From: Candidatus Woesebacteria bacterium
GTDB lineage: Bacteria; Patescibacteriota; Microgenomatia; UBA8517
Assembly (NCBI GenBank): GCA_020060565.1
Contig: JAGVAE010000001.1
Coordinates: forward strand, 130,671-194,670
DNA: 64,000 bases
Direction of reading: 5' to 3'
In this document: one piece after another, positions 52,849 through 62,324 of the stretch
Layout of the letters: each line of letters begins with the position of its first letter
Numbering within the stretch: position 1 is the stretch's first letter
Notes under the pieces: model-generated
What the model was told of the DNA's origin: nothing
Database searches by the model: none
What the model saw: the letters and a program-made list of their open reading frames with translations, nothing else
Program-made: the position numbers and the translations under genes

Positions 52849-53087
52849 TCGTGTGCGGTAAGGGCTTCAACCAGTTCTAAAAATGTGTCAATTTCTGTGA
52901 AATCTAGCTGGGATATATCATATCCACCTTTGTCTAAAATTTCCATAAAATCAGTTATGGCTGTAGCATCCATATGTAAGTCTGTTGAAAATTCTGTTTC
53001 ATCTTCAATATCCTCCATATCCACTCCAAGAAAGTCTGCCAACTCCCTTTTGACTCTTTGTTTTGTATTTGCAAACTCAGTATCCAT
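52845..53087 (-). CDS. Acyl carrier protein-like relic with Ser-to-Ala substitution at the phosphopantetheine site
   Basis: The segment QRVKRELADFLGVDMEDIEDETEFSTDLHMDATAITDFMEIL aligns to the ACP segment ERVKKIIGEQLGV...[20 protein letters not shown]. The position of the DSL Ser is occupied by Ala here. The gene sits between nusB and rnc. Confidence 0.4.
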   Translation of the reverse strand: MDTEFANTKQRVKRELADFLGVDMEDIEDETEFSTDLHMDATAITDFMEILDKGGYDISQLDFTEIDTFLELVEALTAHE

Positions 53088-53088
53088 A

Positions 53089-53466
53089 TTATTTTTTGTC
53101 TGTCCCGTCTTTATCGGTAACGTCCTTATATATTGTACCCAAGACACCATTAATAAATGAAGAAGAGGATTCTGCCCCATACTCTTTTGCAAGCTCTACC
53201 GCCTCATCAATAATGACTTTGGGTGGAGTATTCCCATTCTTAAGCTCATATACCGAAAGTCTTAGAATTGCTAAATCAATTTTATTAAGGTTTTCAATAG
53301 GCCATGCAGGGGCTGCTTTCTTAATCAGTTTATCAATCTTTTCCTTTTGTTTAAGAATTGACTCAACCAATTCAGGGGAACGTGGCTGTTTGGTAAAAGT
53401 CTCAGCAAAGAGGATTTTCACAGCCTCACGTCTTCTTAAGTGTCTTGGGTCAGTAGCTGTCTTCAT
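53089..53466 (-). CDS. nusB: Transcription antitermination factor NusB
   Basis: The segment [22 protein letters not shown] and the helical length fit NusB. The start at 53466 (ATGA overlap with the rpmF stop) is preferred over the longer ORF. Confidence 0.75.
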   Translation of the reverse strand: MKTATDPRHLRRREAVKILFAETFTKQPRSPELVESILKQKEKIDKLIKKAAPAWPIENLNKIDLAILRLSVYELKNGNTPPKVIIDEAVELAKEYGAESSSSFINGVLGTIYKDVTDKDGTDKK

Positions 53467-53621
53467 TTGTAGAAACCACAATATGGGCAAGCTCTGTGGG
53501 TTTCTTTGAGTTTGCCGCAACCTGTGCATTTCATTAAATTTCCAAGTTTAATCTTGGGTTGTCCACCACGTCTGATATTACTTCGGGATCTTGTATGTTT
53601 TCTCTTTGGGAGTGGTACCAT
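53463..53621 (-). CDS. rpmF: 50S ribosomal protein L32
   Basis: Manual translation gives [52 protein letters not shown]. This shows the L32 N-terminal basic motif and the Zn-ribbon CxxC...CxxC. The gene is absent from the ORF track because it is shorter than 60 aa. Confidence 0.75.
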   Translation of the reverse strand: MVPLPKRKHTRSRSNIRRGGQPKIKLGNLMKCTGCGKLKETHRACPYCGFYK

Positions 53622-53638
53622 ACCTCAATTATAAATTT

Positions 53639-55654
53639 TTAATTACCAATTTTCAATCGGGAAACCAACCTGGGATATTTATTAAGATTTTTGATTATAT
53701 CTCTCGCCACATCTTTTGCGGTTTTAATTAGTTCAATATCACTCCAACTGGCAACTTTAAGCTCAGGGAAACCTGATTGGGCTGTTCCAAATATCTCTCC
53801 TGGCCCTCTAATTTTAAGATCCAATTCAGCCAGTTCAAACCCAGACTGAGATTTTTCCATGGCCTTCAATCTTCTATATGCAGTTCCTGAATGGAAATTA
53901 CTGAAAAGAAGACAGTAAGACTGTTTAGCCCCCCTTCCCACACGTCCTCTTAGTTGGTGAAGCTGTGCAAGTCCAAATCTTTCGGCCGCTTCAACTACCA
54001 TGATGGTAGCATTTGGAATATCTATCCCAACCTCAACCACTGGAGTGGAAACCAAAATATCAATTTTTCCTGATCTAAAGTTTTCTAAAATCTCATCCTT
54101 TTGTTTTACTTTTAGTCTTCCATGTAAAAGCCCAACTCTTTGTTTATTGAATCTCGAAGCTAGAAGCTTGTATTCGGATGTCACATTCTTAATATCTTTC
54201 ATAGTTTCGCTTTTACTTTCTTCAATCAGTGGACAAACCCAGAAAGCCTGCGTATCAAAATTCAAGATTCTAGATTCTATCCACTCACAAGCCCTTTCTC
54301 TTTTTGTTTCAGGAACGACCCAGGTATTTATCTTTTGTCGTCCTTTCGGCATTTCTTTTAAGATGGATAAATCTAAATCTCCATAGGAAGTAAGGGCGAT
54401 GGTACGTGGGATTGGGGTTGCCGTCATGGTTAAAACATGTGGGGTACCAGTCTTTTTAACCAGATGGGTACGCTGTTCAACCCCAAATCTGTGTTGTTCA
54501 TCAATTACAACAAAAGCTACTTTGTCGAAGTTTACCTTGCTATGAATTAGTGAATGAGTTCCCACAAAAACCTGCCCGCCAGTCGCTTTCGCTCCAGGCG
54601 AATGCAGGCGGGTGTCGCTTGTTATTAAAGAAATACCAATACCGAATGGCGAAAATAATTTTTTAAGAGTCTGATAGTGTTGATTAGCTAAAATTTGGGT
54701 AGGAGCCATAATAAGACTTTGATAGCCGTTAAGAAAGGAAGCAAAAGCTCCAACGGCAGCAACTACTGTTTTTCCACTGCCAACATCCCCTTCAAGTAAA
54801 CGGTTCATGGGGATATCACGATTTAGGTCTTTTAAAATTTCATCTATGGTTTTGTTTTGAGATTCAGTCATATCAAAAGGCAGAGATGCAATAAATGGCT
54901 GAATAGCTGAAGAATTAACTGATATTTTATTTTTAACTTTATTTTTATTCCAGTTTAGTTTTCGAAATTCACTTTTAAGCTGCAAATTAAGAAGTTCGTT
55001 AAAAGCTAGCCTTCCTCTTCCCTCTTCTACTTCTTTTAAGTCCTTGGGAAAATGAACTTCGCGTATTGCTTCTTTAAAATCTACAAAACCAAATTTAGTC
55101 AATAAATCGTTGGGTAAGTAATCATCAATTGAAACAAAGTTAAAAGCATCTCTAATTTTTGTTCTAATCCATTTAGAAGAAAGACCCGCAGTTTCGGAAT
55201 AAATTGGAACAAATCGTCCCGTATGAAACGTTTCTTTTTCTTCAGAATCTAATATTTCATAATCAGGGGAGTTAATACAAAGTTTGCGATTGAAAAATCC
55301 AACCTTTCCAGAAAGAGAAACAAGTCGCCCTGGATATAAAGTTTTAATTAAAAAAGGTTGATTAAACCAAACAACCATAATTTTTCCTGTTGCATCCTCA
55401 ACTGACCCAATCTGCATCCTAATTCCCTTTTTTGAAAAAATATTGGCAATGGAAATAATTTTGGCATGAATTGTTACAACCTCATTTGCACGGAGCTTAT
55501 TTATTGTGGTTACAAGTGAATAATCAAGATAACGTGAGGGGACATGGTAAAAAAGGTTTTCGATGGTTCTGACTCCCAGTTTTTCAAACATTCTGGCAAA
55601 GAACGGACCAATTTTGGGGAGATTTGAAACACCGTCTTCAAGATTCATTAACAC
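53639..55654 (-). CDS. recG: ATP-dependent DNA helicase RecG
   Basis: A wedge or OB N-terminal domain is present. The helicase motifs LEGDVGSGKTVVA and DEQHRFGV are present, followed by a C-terminal domain. ATG at 55648 is the likely true start. Confidence 0.9.
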   Translation of the reverse strand: MLMNLEDGVSNLPKIGPFFARMFEKLGVRTIENLFYHVPSRYLDYSLVTTINKLRANEVVTIHAKIISIANIFSKKGIRMQIGSVEDATGKIMVVWFNQPFLIKTLYPGRLVSLSGKVGFFNRKLCINSPDYEILDSEEKETFHTGRFVPIYSETAGLSSKWIRTKIRDAFNFVSIDDYLPNDLLTKFGFVDFKEAIREVHFPKDLKEVEEGRGRLAFNELLNLQLKSEFRKLNWNKNKVKNKISVNSSAIQPFIASLPFDMTESQNKTIDEILKDLNRDIPMNRLLEGDVGSGKTVVAAVGAFASFLNGYQSLIMAPTQILANQHYQTLKKLFSPFGIGISLITSDTRLHSPGAKATGGQVFVGTHSLIHSKVNFDKVAFVVIDEQHRFGVEQRTHLVKKTGTPHVLTMTATPIPRTIALTSYGDLDLSILKEMPKGRQKINTWVVPETKRERACEWIESRILNFDTQAFWVCPLIEESKSETMKDIKNVTSEYKLLASRFNKQRVGLLHGRLKVKQKDEILENFRSGKIDILVSTPVVEVGIDIPNATIMVVEAAERFGLAQLHQLRGRVGRGAKQSYCLLFSNFHSGTAYRRLKAMEKSQSGFELAELDLKIRGPGEIFGTAQSGFPELKVASWSDIELIKTAKDVARDIIKNLNKYPRLVSRLKIGN
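55620..55651. repeat. 32-nt direct repeat copy 1 (covers the recG start codon region)
   Basis: AGATTTGAAACAC(C)GTCTTCAAGATTCATTAA is repeated with 31/32 identity at 56765-56796. Confidence 0.6.
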
Positions 55655-55664
55655 TTATTATACT

Positions 55665-56702
55665 TTATAAAGCTTCTTTGAACTTTCTATAGTCTGGGTT
55701 TAAAATTGATAAAACCGCGTTCATAGTCTGTAAACCAGTAAGATTACGTATATTCCAAGCACATGGATTTTCTAGAGTGAAATCAAAATTTCCTGTCTCA
55801 CCTGCGTAGCTTAGGTGAAAACCATCATTTAAATTGGGATCAAAAATATATTTAAGTGGCTGTACAGCTTTCCAGAAATTCCATGTAGGAATTCTGTTTT
55901 CAACTGCAACCTCTGCAACTTTCTTATTGATGGCTTCACTGTTGGCACATGTTGTAACAATGGGAATAATATAGTGATCAATTGCATATTTGACCACCGT
56001 ACTTAAATATTTTTTGTAATTTTCTGGTGACTGAGATTCTTGCTCATACGATATTAGAAGAAGCGATGGTTGTCTTAAAGCAACCTCACATTCAAGGTAG
56101 GATTGGTGTGACAAACATTCTTTTTGATGATTATTATCATACTTTAAAATCGGATTAACACTCAAAATACCTGCAGCATTTTGCCCTCCGTGTACAGTAG
56201 GAGGAAACCAACTCCACGATCCCTCAAACCATTTAATGGTAGCTTCAAGATCTTGATGTTTTCCGAGCTTGTAACTATTGGGAAAGTCAAACTGGCCAAA
56301 CAAATAACCACTAGTTGGTACCGACTCGCAATCACCAGCTTTAGAAAAAACATGTGAATTCGTCAGCCTTTTCGAGATACCACTGTTGTATATGTCTACG
56401 ATTTCTGGGTTAACAAACTCAGGGACTATTGGCCAATTTTTCCATTCCGAAGGATCGCCAACGGCTTCTTTATTTAGGGGGGGCGTAGCTGTTTTTGATA
56501 CAGGTTGAGTTTTTTTGGCTTCGGTAATTTCTTTGATTTCTGCTTGCGTAGAATTATCACTTTTTGGAAAAGATGAATTATCTTCTTTTGTGGTTGTGTC
56601 CGCGGGTGCGTCACCAGCATTTTCAATTTTAGTCGACAGGAATAATGCAACCATACTAATTGCTGAAATTTTAAGAAAATCTCTTCGCGAAATCTCTTTC
56701 AT
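55665..56702 (-). CDS. Tat-signal secreted protein, function unknown
   Basis: The N-terminus MKEISRRDFLKISAISMVALFL is a twin-arginine signal. The 345-aa gene is flanked by 32-nt direct repeats. Confidence 0.5.
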   Translation of the reverse strand: MKEISRRDFLKISAISMVALFLSTKIENAGDAPADTTTKEDNSSFPKSDNSTQAEIKEITEAKKTQPVSKTATPPLNKEAVGDPSEWKNWPIVPEFVNPEIVDIYNSGISKRLTNSHVFSKAGDCESVPTSGYLFGQFDFPNSYKLGKHQDLEATIKWFEGSWSWFPPTVHGGQNAAGILSVNPILKYDNNHQKECLSHQSYLECEVALRQPSLLLISYEQESQSPENYKKYLSTVVKYAIDHYIIPIVTTCANSEAINKKVAEVAVENRIPTWNFWKAVQPLKYIFDPNLNDGFHLSYAGETGNFDFTLENPCAWNIRNLTGLQTMNAVLSILNPDYRKFKEAL

Positions 56703-56764
56703 AAGAAGGTATAATACTCTATATTATAGGTCAATGCAAATAATCACATGTTGATGCTCTTTAT

Positions 56765-56796
56765 ATTACTCTAAAGATTTGAAACACTGTCTTCAA
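56765..56796. repeat. 32-nt direct repeat copy 2 (relic of recG 5' end: encodes MNLEDSVSNL* on the - strand)
   Basis: It is 31/32 identical to 55620-55651. It is located in the ldcA / Tat-protein intergenic spacer. Confidence 0.6.
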
Positions 56797-56827
56797 GATT
56801 CATTAAGGACAATTATATCAGTATTAA

Positions 56828-57931
56828 TTAATGCTCGAGGATTTGAAGTAATTGTTTGTCTTTTGCCACCTCCAACCTACAAGTTCCACCAACTGGAAAG
56901 CTAATTATTGGAGATGTGTGGCCAAAATCAACATTGGCAAGAACGGGAATATTATTTAATTCTTTCTTAGTTTTTATAATTTGAGTTAGTAGACTATTTG
57001 TCATTTCACTTTCTCTTTGGAATCTGCCAATTACAATGCCACGAACTCCAGAAAAATCTGGTAAGTGGATTAGAGATTGAAGGTTTCTGTCAAAATCTAC
57101 ATATTTTGATGTTCTATCATCCTCAATAAATAAAATAGATTTAAAAAGTCGCGGCATAAATTCCGTTCCTTGCAATAAATTAAATGTACACAAGTTTGCT
57201 CCCAGAATTGTTCCTTCGGCCGCTCCATCATTAATTACGAGCCAACCTTCATTGGGGGTCTGTTTTCTATTGTCTTGATCCATGTACCATTCATCGTCTG
57301 TCCAGGCATCACTTGGTTTTATTTCAAAGGGACTGTTTTCAAACAAGCATTTCTTAAAATAATCTAGCGTATAGTCAAAATATAACTTTTGTCCGAATGT
57401 TGAATATTGGGGTGAAGAATAAGTCACAAGACCTGTTTTTGCAAAGAATGAATTGTTTAGCGCAGTAATATCAGAAAAGCCACAAATTATTTTCGGATTC
57501 TTTTTAATTAAGTCCCAATCAATATATTTAAGAAGTTGGTTTGAATTAAAACCACCAATTACGGTAAAAACTGCTTTAACATTTTTATCAGAAAAAGCTT
57601 CATGTAGACCCTCAATACGTGATTCAATTGAAGATGATAAAAAATCGTCCGTTTCTTCCACATGTTTACTAAAAGTTAATTTAAGACCTAAAGCTTCAAG
57701 TCTATCATTAGCAATTTTCCTGTTTGCTTTACTTATAATTGATAAAGATCTTGATGGAGCAATAACACGAACTTCATCTCCTGCCTTTAATTTTTCTGGA
57801 AATATTTTATCCATAATTGATTCTACCATTTTTGTTTTATATTGAAGGACATCTTGAATATGGTGAAACAGTTCTGGAAGGATGTAAAATGGAAAATCTT
57901 CCCGATAATTTATTTCCCATCCTCTAACCAA
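56828..57931 (-). CDS. ldcA: LD-carboxypeptidase (peptidase S66, LdcA-like)
   Basis: The motif GDEVRVIAPSRSL and the nucleophile motif GFSDITAL are present. A C-terminal His/Glu region and S66-like length are present. Confidence 0.65.
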   Translation of the reverse strand: MVRGWEINYREDFPFYILPELFHHIQDVLQYKTKMVESIMDKIFPEKLKAGDEVRVIAPSRSLSIISKANRKIANDRLEALGLKLTFSKHVEETDDFLSSSIESRIEGLHEAFSDKNVKAVFTVIGGFNSNQLLKYIDWDLIKKNPKIICGFSDITALNNSFFAKTGLVTYSSPQYSTFGQKLYFDYTLDYFKKCLFENSPFEIKPSDAWTDDEWYMDQDNRKQTPNEGWLVINDGAAEGTILGANLCTFNLLQGTEFMPRLFKSILFIEDDRTSKYVDFDRNLQSLIHLPDFSGVRGIVIGRFQRESEMTNSLLTQIIKTKKELNNIPVLANVDFGHTSPIISFPVGGTCRLEVAKDKQLLQILEH

Positions 57932-58005
57932 AAAATTGGTTGAGAATCATAAAAAAGGATTTCCAAATGCAGGGAAATATGTAGGGAGAATGGATAGTAA
58001 ATAAC

Positions 58006-58530
58006 TTATTTCCTAAGTGCATCAAATCCTTTTTGAATGTAAATACTAACATTGGGGGCAAACTCCATTTTCTTTAATTTATCTTCTGTTATCCACTTAA
58101 CGTCAATTGTGTCTTCCAAAGGTTTACCTTCACCAGATTTCCAGTGACAAAGGAAAACCAAGGCAACTACATGCTGACCCGTTGAACGAATAAAAGTGTT
58201 ATTAGTTAGAAGTTGAGCATCATCTTTTATTTCAACTCCAGTTTCTTCCATGACCTCTTTTTTGAGAGTTTCTTCGATAATGTTCCAAACATTTCCAGGA
58301 GTTTTTTCTACTTTACCGCCTGGGATTGTCCAACTACCTGGTTGGTGCGTTTCCTCAAAACTTCTTTGGGAAACAAGAATCCTGCCATCTTTTTCTACTA
58401 CAGCATTAACTAAAATTAAGTGTGTTTTATCTGTTGCCAGGTCAGACGAATTAATATTTGAAGAAGATCCTTTTTTATCCATAAATAATATAAGGGAGGA
58501 TGGTGCCGGCAAGAAGTGCCAGAGATGCAA
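58006..58530 (-). CDS. NUDIX hydrolase
   Basis: The Nudix box GGKVEKTPGNVWNIIEETLKKEVMEETGV is present. Confidence 0.7.
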   Translation of the reverse strand: MHLWHFLPAPSSLILFMDKKGSSSNINSSDLATDKTHLILVNAVVEKDGRILVSQRSFEETHQPGSWTIPGGKVEKTPGNVWNIIEETLKKEVMEETGVEIKDDAQLLTNNTFIRSTGQHVVALVFLCHWKSGEGKPLEDTIDVKWITEDKLKKMEFAPNVSIYIQKGFDALRK

Positions 58531-58576
58531 TTACTGTAATAACCACAAATATTTTTTTACCCTTTTTAGATATCAT

Positions 58577-59731
58577 TTATTTTGAAACTTTTAAAAAAGT
58601 TCTCTCTCCTACTTTTATTTCATCTCCCACACAAACTTTATATTTTGGATCAGTAACAGTTTTATTATTTACGTCAACAGCGTTTTGTTTAATCAATCTT
58701 TTCGCATCACTAATACTTCCAAGGGTTGTATAAGGTGAAACTGTTTCGGAAAGACTCTTGCCTGACATTACTTTAATGTCAAAAATAGGGGCTTTTTCCT
58801 GAAATGTAGTTTCAAAATCTTTCTCTGCGCTTTTAGCACTTCCCTCTCCCCAAAGAAGTTTTACAATTTCAAATGCAAGGCGTTTCTTTTCCATCATTGG
58901 ACTCTTCTTAATTTTTTCTTCCAAGCCAGTAAGGGGACATTCAGTCAAAAGCTCAAATCCCAAAAGTATTGTTTCATCAGGAAAGCTCATTACTCCTGCA
59001 TAAAACTTTTCAGGGGTTGAGTCTAGGAAAAGTGCATTGCCTGTTGTTTTGCCTACTTTATTTCCCTCTTTATCTACCAGAAGTTTTGTTGTTAAAACAG
59101 ACTTTTCTTTACCTTTAATGGCTTTCATCAGGGTTCTGCCAACCATCATGTTAAAAAGCTGATCATTACCTCCAATTTCAAGATCAACATCCATAGCAAC
59201 ACAATCATAGCCTTGGAAGATTGGATACAAAAGTTCACTGATTCTAATATCAGTGCCTTTTTTTATTCTTTCTTGGAACATATCACGCTCAATCAATTGT
59301 GCATATGAAACATTGGAAGTTATTTCAACAACATCCTTTGCAGAAAGTTTATCGCTCCATTCGGAATTAAACATAATCTTTGCGGGGTTATTTCCTTCAA
59401 AATCCAAAAGCATTGAAGCTTGAGCTTTCCAAGCTTTGGCGTTTTCCAATACTTGTTCGCGTGTTAACTTTGGCCTGGTTGCAAGTTTATCTGTTGGGTC
59501 CCCTATCATTCCAGTAAAATCTCCAACTAAGAATATTACTTCATGACCTAATTTTTGGAACTGTCTAAGTTTCACTAAGCCCACAAAATTTCCCAAATGA
59601 AGTGAAGGCATGGAAGGGTCAAACCCTTGATAGAGTTTGATTTTTTGTTTTGCCATCAAGTCGTGTAGACCTTTTTTATCAGGTAAAACTTGAGCTACTC
59701 CCCGTGTTAATACTTCATCAATTTTGTCCAT
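58577..59731 (-). CDS. tyrS: Tyrosine--tRNA ligase
   Basis: The HIGH motif (PSLHLGN) and a KMSKS-like motif (KVGKT) are present. A C-terminal S4-like domain is present. Confidence 0.9.
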   Translation of the reverse strand: MDKIDEVLTRGVAQVLPDKKGLHDLMAKQKIKLYQGFDPSMPSLHLGNFVGLVKLRQFQKLGHEVIFLVGDFTGMIGDPTDKLATRPKLTREQVLENAKAWKAQASMLLDFEGNNPAKIMFNSEWSDKLSAKDVVEITSNVSYAQLIERDMFQERIKKGTDIRISELLYPIFQGYDCVAMDVDLEIGGNDQLFNMMVGRTLMKAIKGKEKSVLTTKLLVDKEGNKVGKTTGNALFLDSTPEKFYAGVMSFPDETILLGFELLTECPLTGLEEKIKKSPMMEKKRLAFEIVKLLWGEGSAKSAEKDFETTFQEKAPIFDIKVMSGKSLSETVSPYTTLGSISDAKRLIKQNAVDVNNKTVTDPKYKVCVGDEIKVGERTFLKVSK

Positions 59732-59768
59732 ATCTAAATTATAGCCATGTACTCATTAATTTGCTAGA

Positions 59769-62324
59769 ATGTATCGGAACATGTGGAGAGATCGAAGAAG
59801 ATATAGAACGGAATTAACAAAGAGCAGGAAGCTTGTTAAGTATGCAAAGCTTGGGTTTATTGGAGTTATTTTTCTGGTTATTCTTCTTTTTGTTGGAGTT
59901 CCCCTTCTTTCTTTAACACTTCCATCTCCTGATAAAATAGTTCGTCAAACTGGTTTTTCAACCCAGATAATGGATAGAAATGGCCAGGTTCTTTATGATG
60001 TTTACGCCAATCAAAACAGGTCCCCCGAGAAACTTGAAGACATTCCCCTTTACCTGCGCCAGGCTACAATAGCCATTGAAGACAAAAATTTTTATACCCA
60101 TTCAGGTTTTGACCCGTTGGGTATGGTTCGCGGTCTTTTTAGGATCTTTACCAGAGGACGTGCCCAGGGAGGTTCAACCCTAACTCAGCAGTTAATTAAA
60201 AATGCGCTTTTGAGTAATGACAGAACGGTTGTGAGAAAAATTAAAGAGTTTGTTTTAGCAATCGAAATTGAGAGAAAATATTCTAAAGATCAAATACTTC
60301 AGATGTATCTTAATGAAGTCCCATACGGAGGTACCGCCTGGGGAGTTGGAGCTGCTGCTCAAACATATTTTGGCAAGGCTGTTAAAGATTTAAATTTAAT
60401 TGAATGCGCAATCTTAGCAGGAATGCCGCAAAGCCCTTCTAACTATTCACCTTATTCTTCAACACCCAAAGCATACGTTCAGCGCACAAAAGATGTACTT
60501 AGGCGCATGCGGGAGGATGGACATATAAATAAGCAACAGGAAGCTCAAGCAATTGAGCAGTTGAGTAGTGTTACTTTTCAGGCAAAGGGGGCAGGGTTTA
60601 AAGCTCCCCATTTTGTCCAATATGTTGAAAAAATTCTAGAAGAAAGATATGGTCAAGCCTCAGTTGAACAGGGGGGATTAAAAGTTACAACTACCCTGGA
60701 TCTTGAGCTCCAAGAAAAAGCACAGCAAATAGTATCTGAAGAAATAGCCAAAGTTGAAAAGCAACATATTACAAACGGAGCGGCGGTTGTTGTTAATCCC
60801 GAAACTGGAGAAATTCTAGCCATGATTGGTTCAAAAGACTTTAATACCCCCGGAGTTGGTCAATACAATGTTGTGACCGCACTAAGACAACCCGGAAGCT
60901 CTTTTAAACCATTTACATATGTAACAGCATTTAAAGAGGGCTATACCGCTTCAAGTTTACTTATGGATGTTCCCACCACATTTCCTGGAGGAGCTGGTCA
61001 GCCCGATTACATTCCTGTTAACTATGACAATAAATTTGTTGGCCCCATTCAGATGAGATACGCCTTGGCAAATTCAAGAAATATCCCAGCTGTCAAAACT
61101 CTGGCTAAGGTTGGGATAAAAGATGTTTTAACTACTGCAACTGATATGGGTTTAACTACCCTTCCTCCAACAAATGATACTTTAAAACGAGTAGGGCTTT
61201 CCTTGACTCTTGGGGGTGGTGAAGTAAGACTTTTAGATATGGCAACTGCTTATTCAGCATTTGTAAATAAGGGAGCAAGAATTGAACCCATATCTATTTT
61301 GAAAGTAGTTGATGCCAACGGAAAGGTTTTGGAGGAAAACAAACCCAAAAAAGGCAAACAAGTTCTAACAGAACAGCAAGCTTTTATCATAAACTCAATT
61401 CTTTCTGACAATGATGCCAGGTCAGCTGAGTTTGGAGTTAATTCATATTTGAAAGTTCCAGGACTTAACGTAATGGTTAAAACAGGAACAACTAATGATA
61501 AACGTGACAACTGGACTATTGGAGGAAATGGAAATGCAATGGTTGGAGTTTGGGTGGGAAACAATGACAACTCTCCAATGCTTAATGTTGCCTCGGGTAT
61601 TAGTGGCGCCTCCCCCATTTGGCATAAAATTGTTGTTGCGGCAATGCAAGGAAAGCCAAAACTTTCCTTTGACATTCCAGATGGGGTGATTACTGCACAA
61701 GTGGATTTAGTTTCAGGTTATGCTGCTCATGATGGATTCCCCTCTCGGTCCGAAGTATTTATTAAAGGAACAGAACCAACTGGCACCGATCCAATCCATA
61801 CAATGCTTAAGATTTGTAAAAGTGATGGAAATCTGGCAAATCCAAGTGACATAGCAGCTGGAAATTATGACAAAAGGGAATATTTTGTCTTTAAAGAGGA
61901 AGACCCGACAGCTGCTCCTGGGCAAACCAATAGGTGGCAGGAAGGAATCTTAAATTGGTTAAATACCCAGGGAGATAGTCGTTATAAACCACCCACTTCA
62001 TACTGTGGAACAAGCAATCCTTTAAATGTTGAGTTTATAAGCCCCACCGATCAAACAAGTGATATTCCACCTGGAGATTACACGGTTTCTTTTAAAGCCA
62101 ATTCAAACTCAGCGATTACCCAATCGTCCTTAAAAGTAAATGATAGTCAAATATGTGGATTCAGTAGTGGAAATAATAACTATACATGTAATGTAAGCTT
62201 TGCAAATAAAGGTGTTTATACATTAAAAGCAGAAGCAAGTGATGCTCAAGGACACACTTCAAATAGAATTATCACGGTTGGAGTTGGGCAATCTTGGAAC
62301 GCCACCCCATCACCTACTCCTTAA
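59769..62324 (+). CDS. Class A penicillin-binding protein (glycosyltransferase GT51 + transpeptidase) with C-terminal extension
   Basis: The GT51 motifs EDKNFYTHSGFD and GGSTLTQQL are present. The transpeptidase motifs SSFKPF (SxxK), SRN and KTGTT are present. A ~150-aa C-terminal Ig-like tail follows. Confidence 0.85.
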   Translation: MYRNMWRDRRRYRTELTKSRKLVKYAKLGFIGVIFLVILLFVGVPLLSLTLPSPDKIVRQTGFSTQIMDRNGQVLYDVYANQNRSPEKLEDIPLYLRQATIAIEDKNFYTHSGFDPLGMVRGLFRIFTRGRAQGGSTLTQQLIKNALLSNDRTVVRKIKEFVLAIEIERKYSKDQILQMYLNEVPYGGTAWGVGAAAQTYFGKAVKDLNLIECAILAGMPQSPSNYSPYSSTPKAYVQRTKDVLRRMREDGHINKQQEAQAIEQLSSVTFQAKGAGFKAPHFVQYVEKILEERYGQASVEQGGLKVTTTLDLELQEKAQQIVSEEIAKVEKQHITNGAAVVVNPETGEILAMIGSKDFNTPGVGQYNVVTALRQPGSSFKPFTYVTAFKEGYTASSLLMDVPTTFPGGAGQPDYIPVNYDNKFVGPIQMRYALANSRNIPAVKTLAKVGIKDVLTTATDMGLTTLPPTNDTLKRVGLSLTLGGGEVRLLDMATAYSAFVNKGARIEPISILKVVDANGKVLEENKPKKGKQVLTEQQAFIINSILSDNDARSAEFGVNSYLKVPGLNVMVKTGTTNDKRDNWTIGGNGNAMVGVWVGNNDNSPMLNVASGISGASPIWHKIVVAAMQGKPKLSFDIPDGVITAQVDLVSGYAAHDGFPSRSEVFIKGTEPTGTDPIHTMLKICKSDGNLANPSDIAAGNYDKREYFVFKEEDPTAAPGQTNRWQEGILNWLNTQGDSRYKPPTSYCGTSNPLNVEFISPTDQTSDIPPGDYTVSFKANSNSAITQSSLKVNDSQICGFSSGNNNYTCNVSFANKGVYTLKAEASDAQGHTSNRIITVGVGQSWNATPSPTP

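Noticed and set aside
62314-62324. An 11-nt overlap of convergent PBP and pheT 3' ends
   Set aside because: Convergent stop-codon overlaps are common in compact genomes and are not noteworthy on their own.
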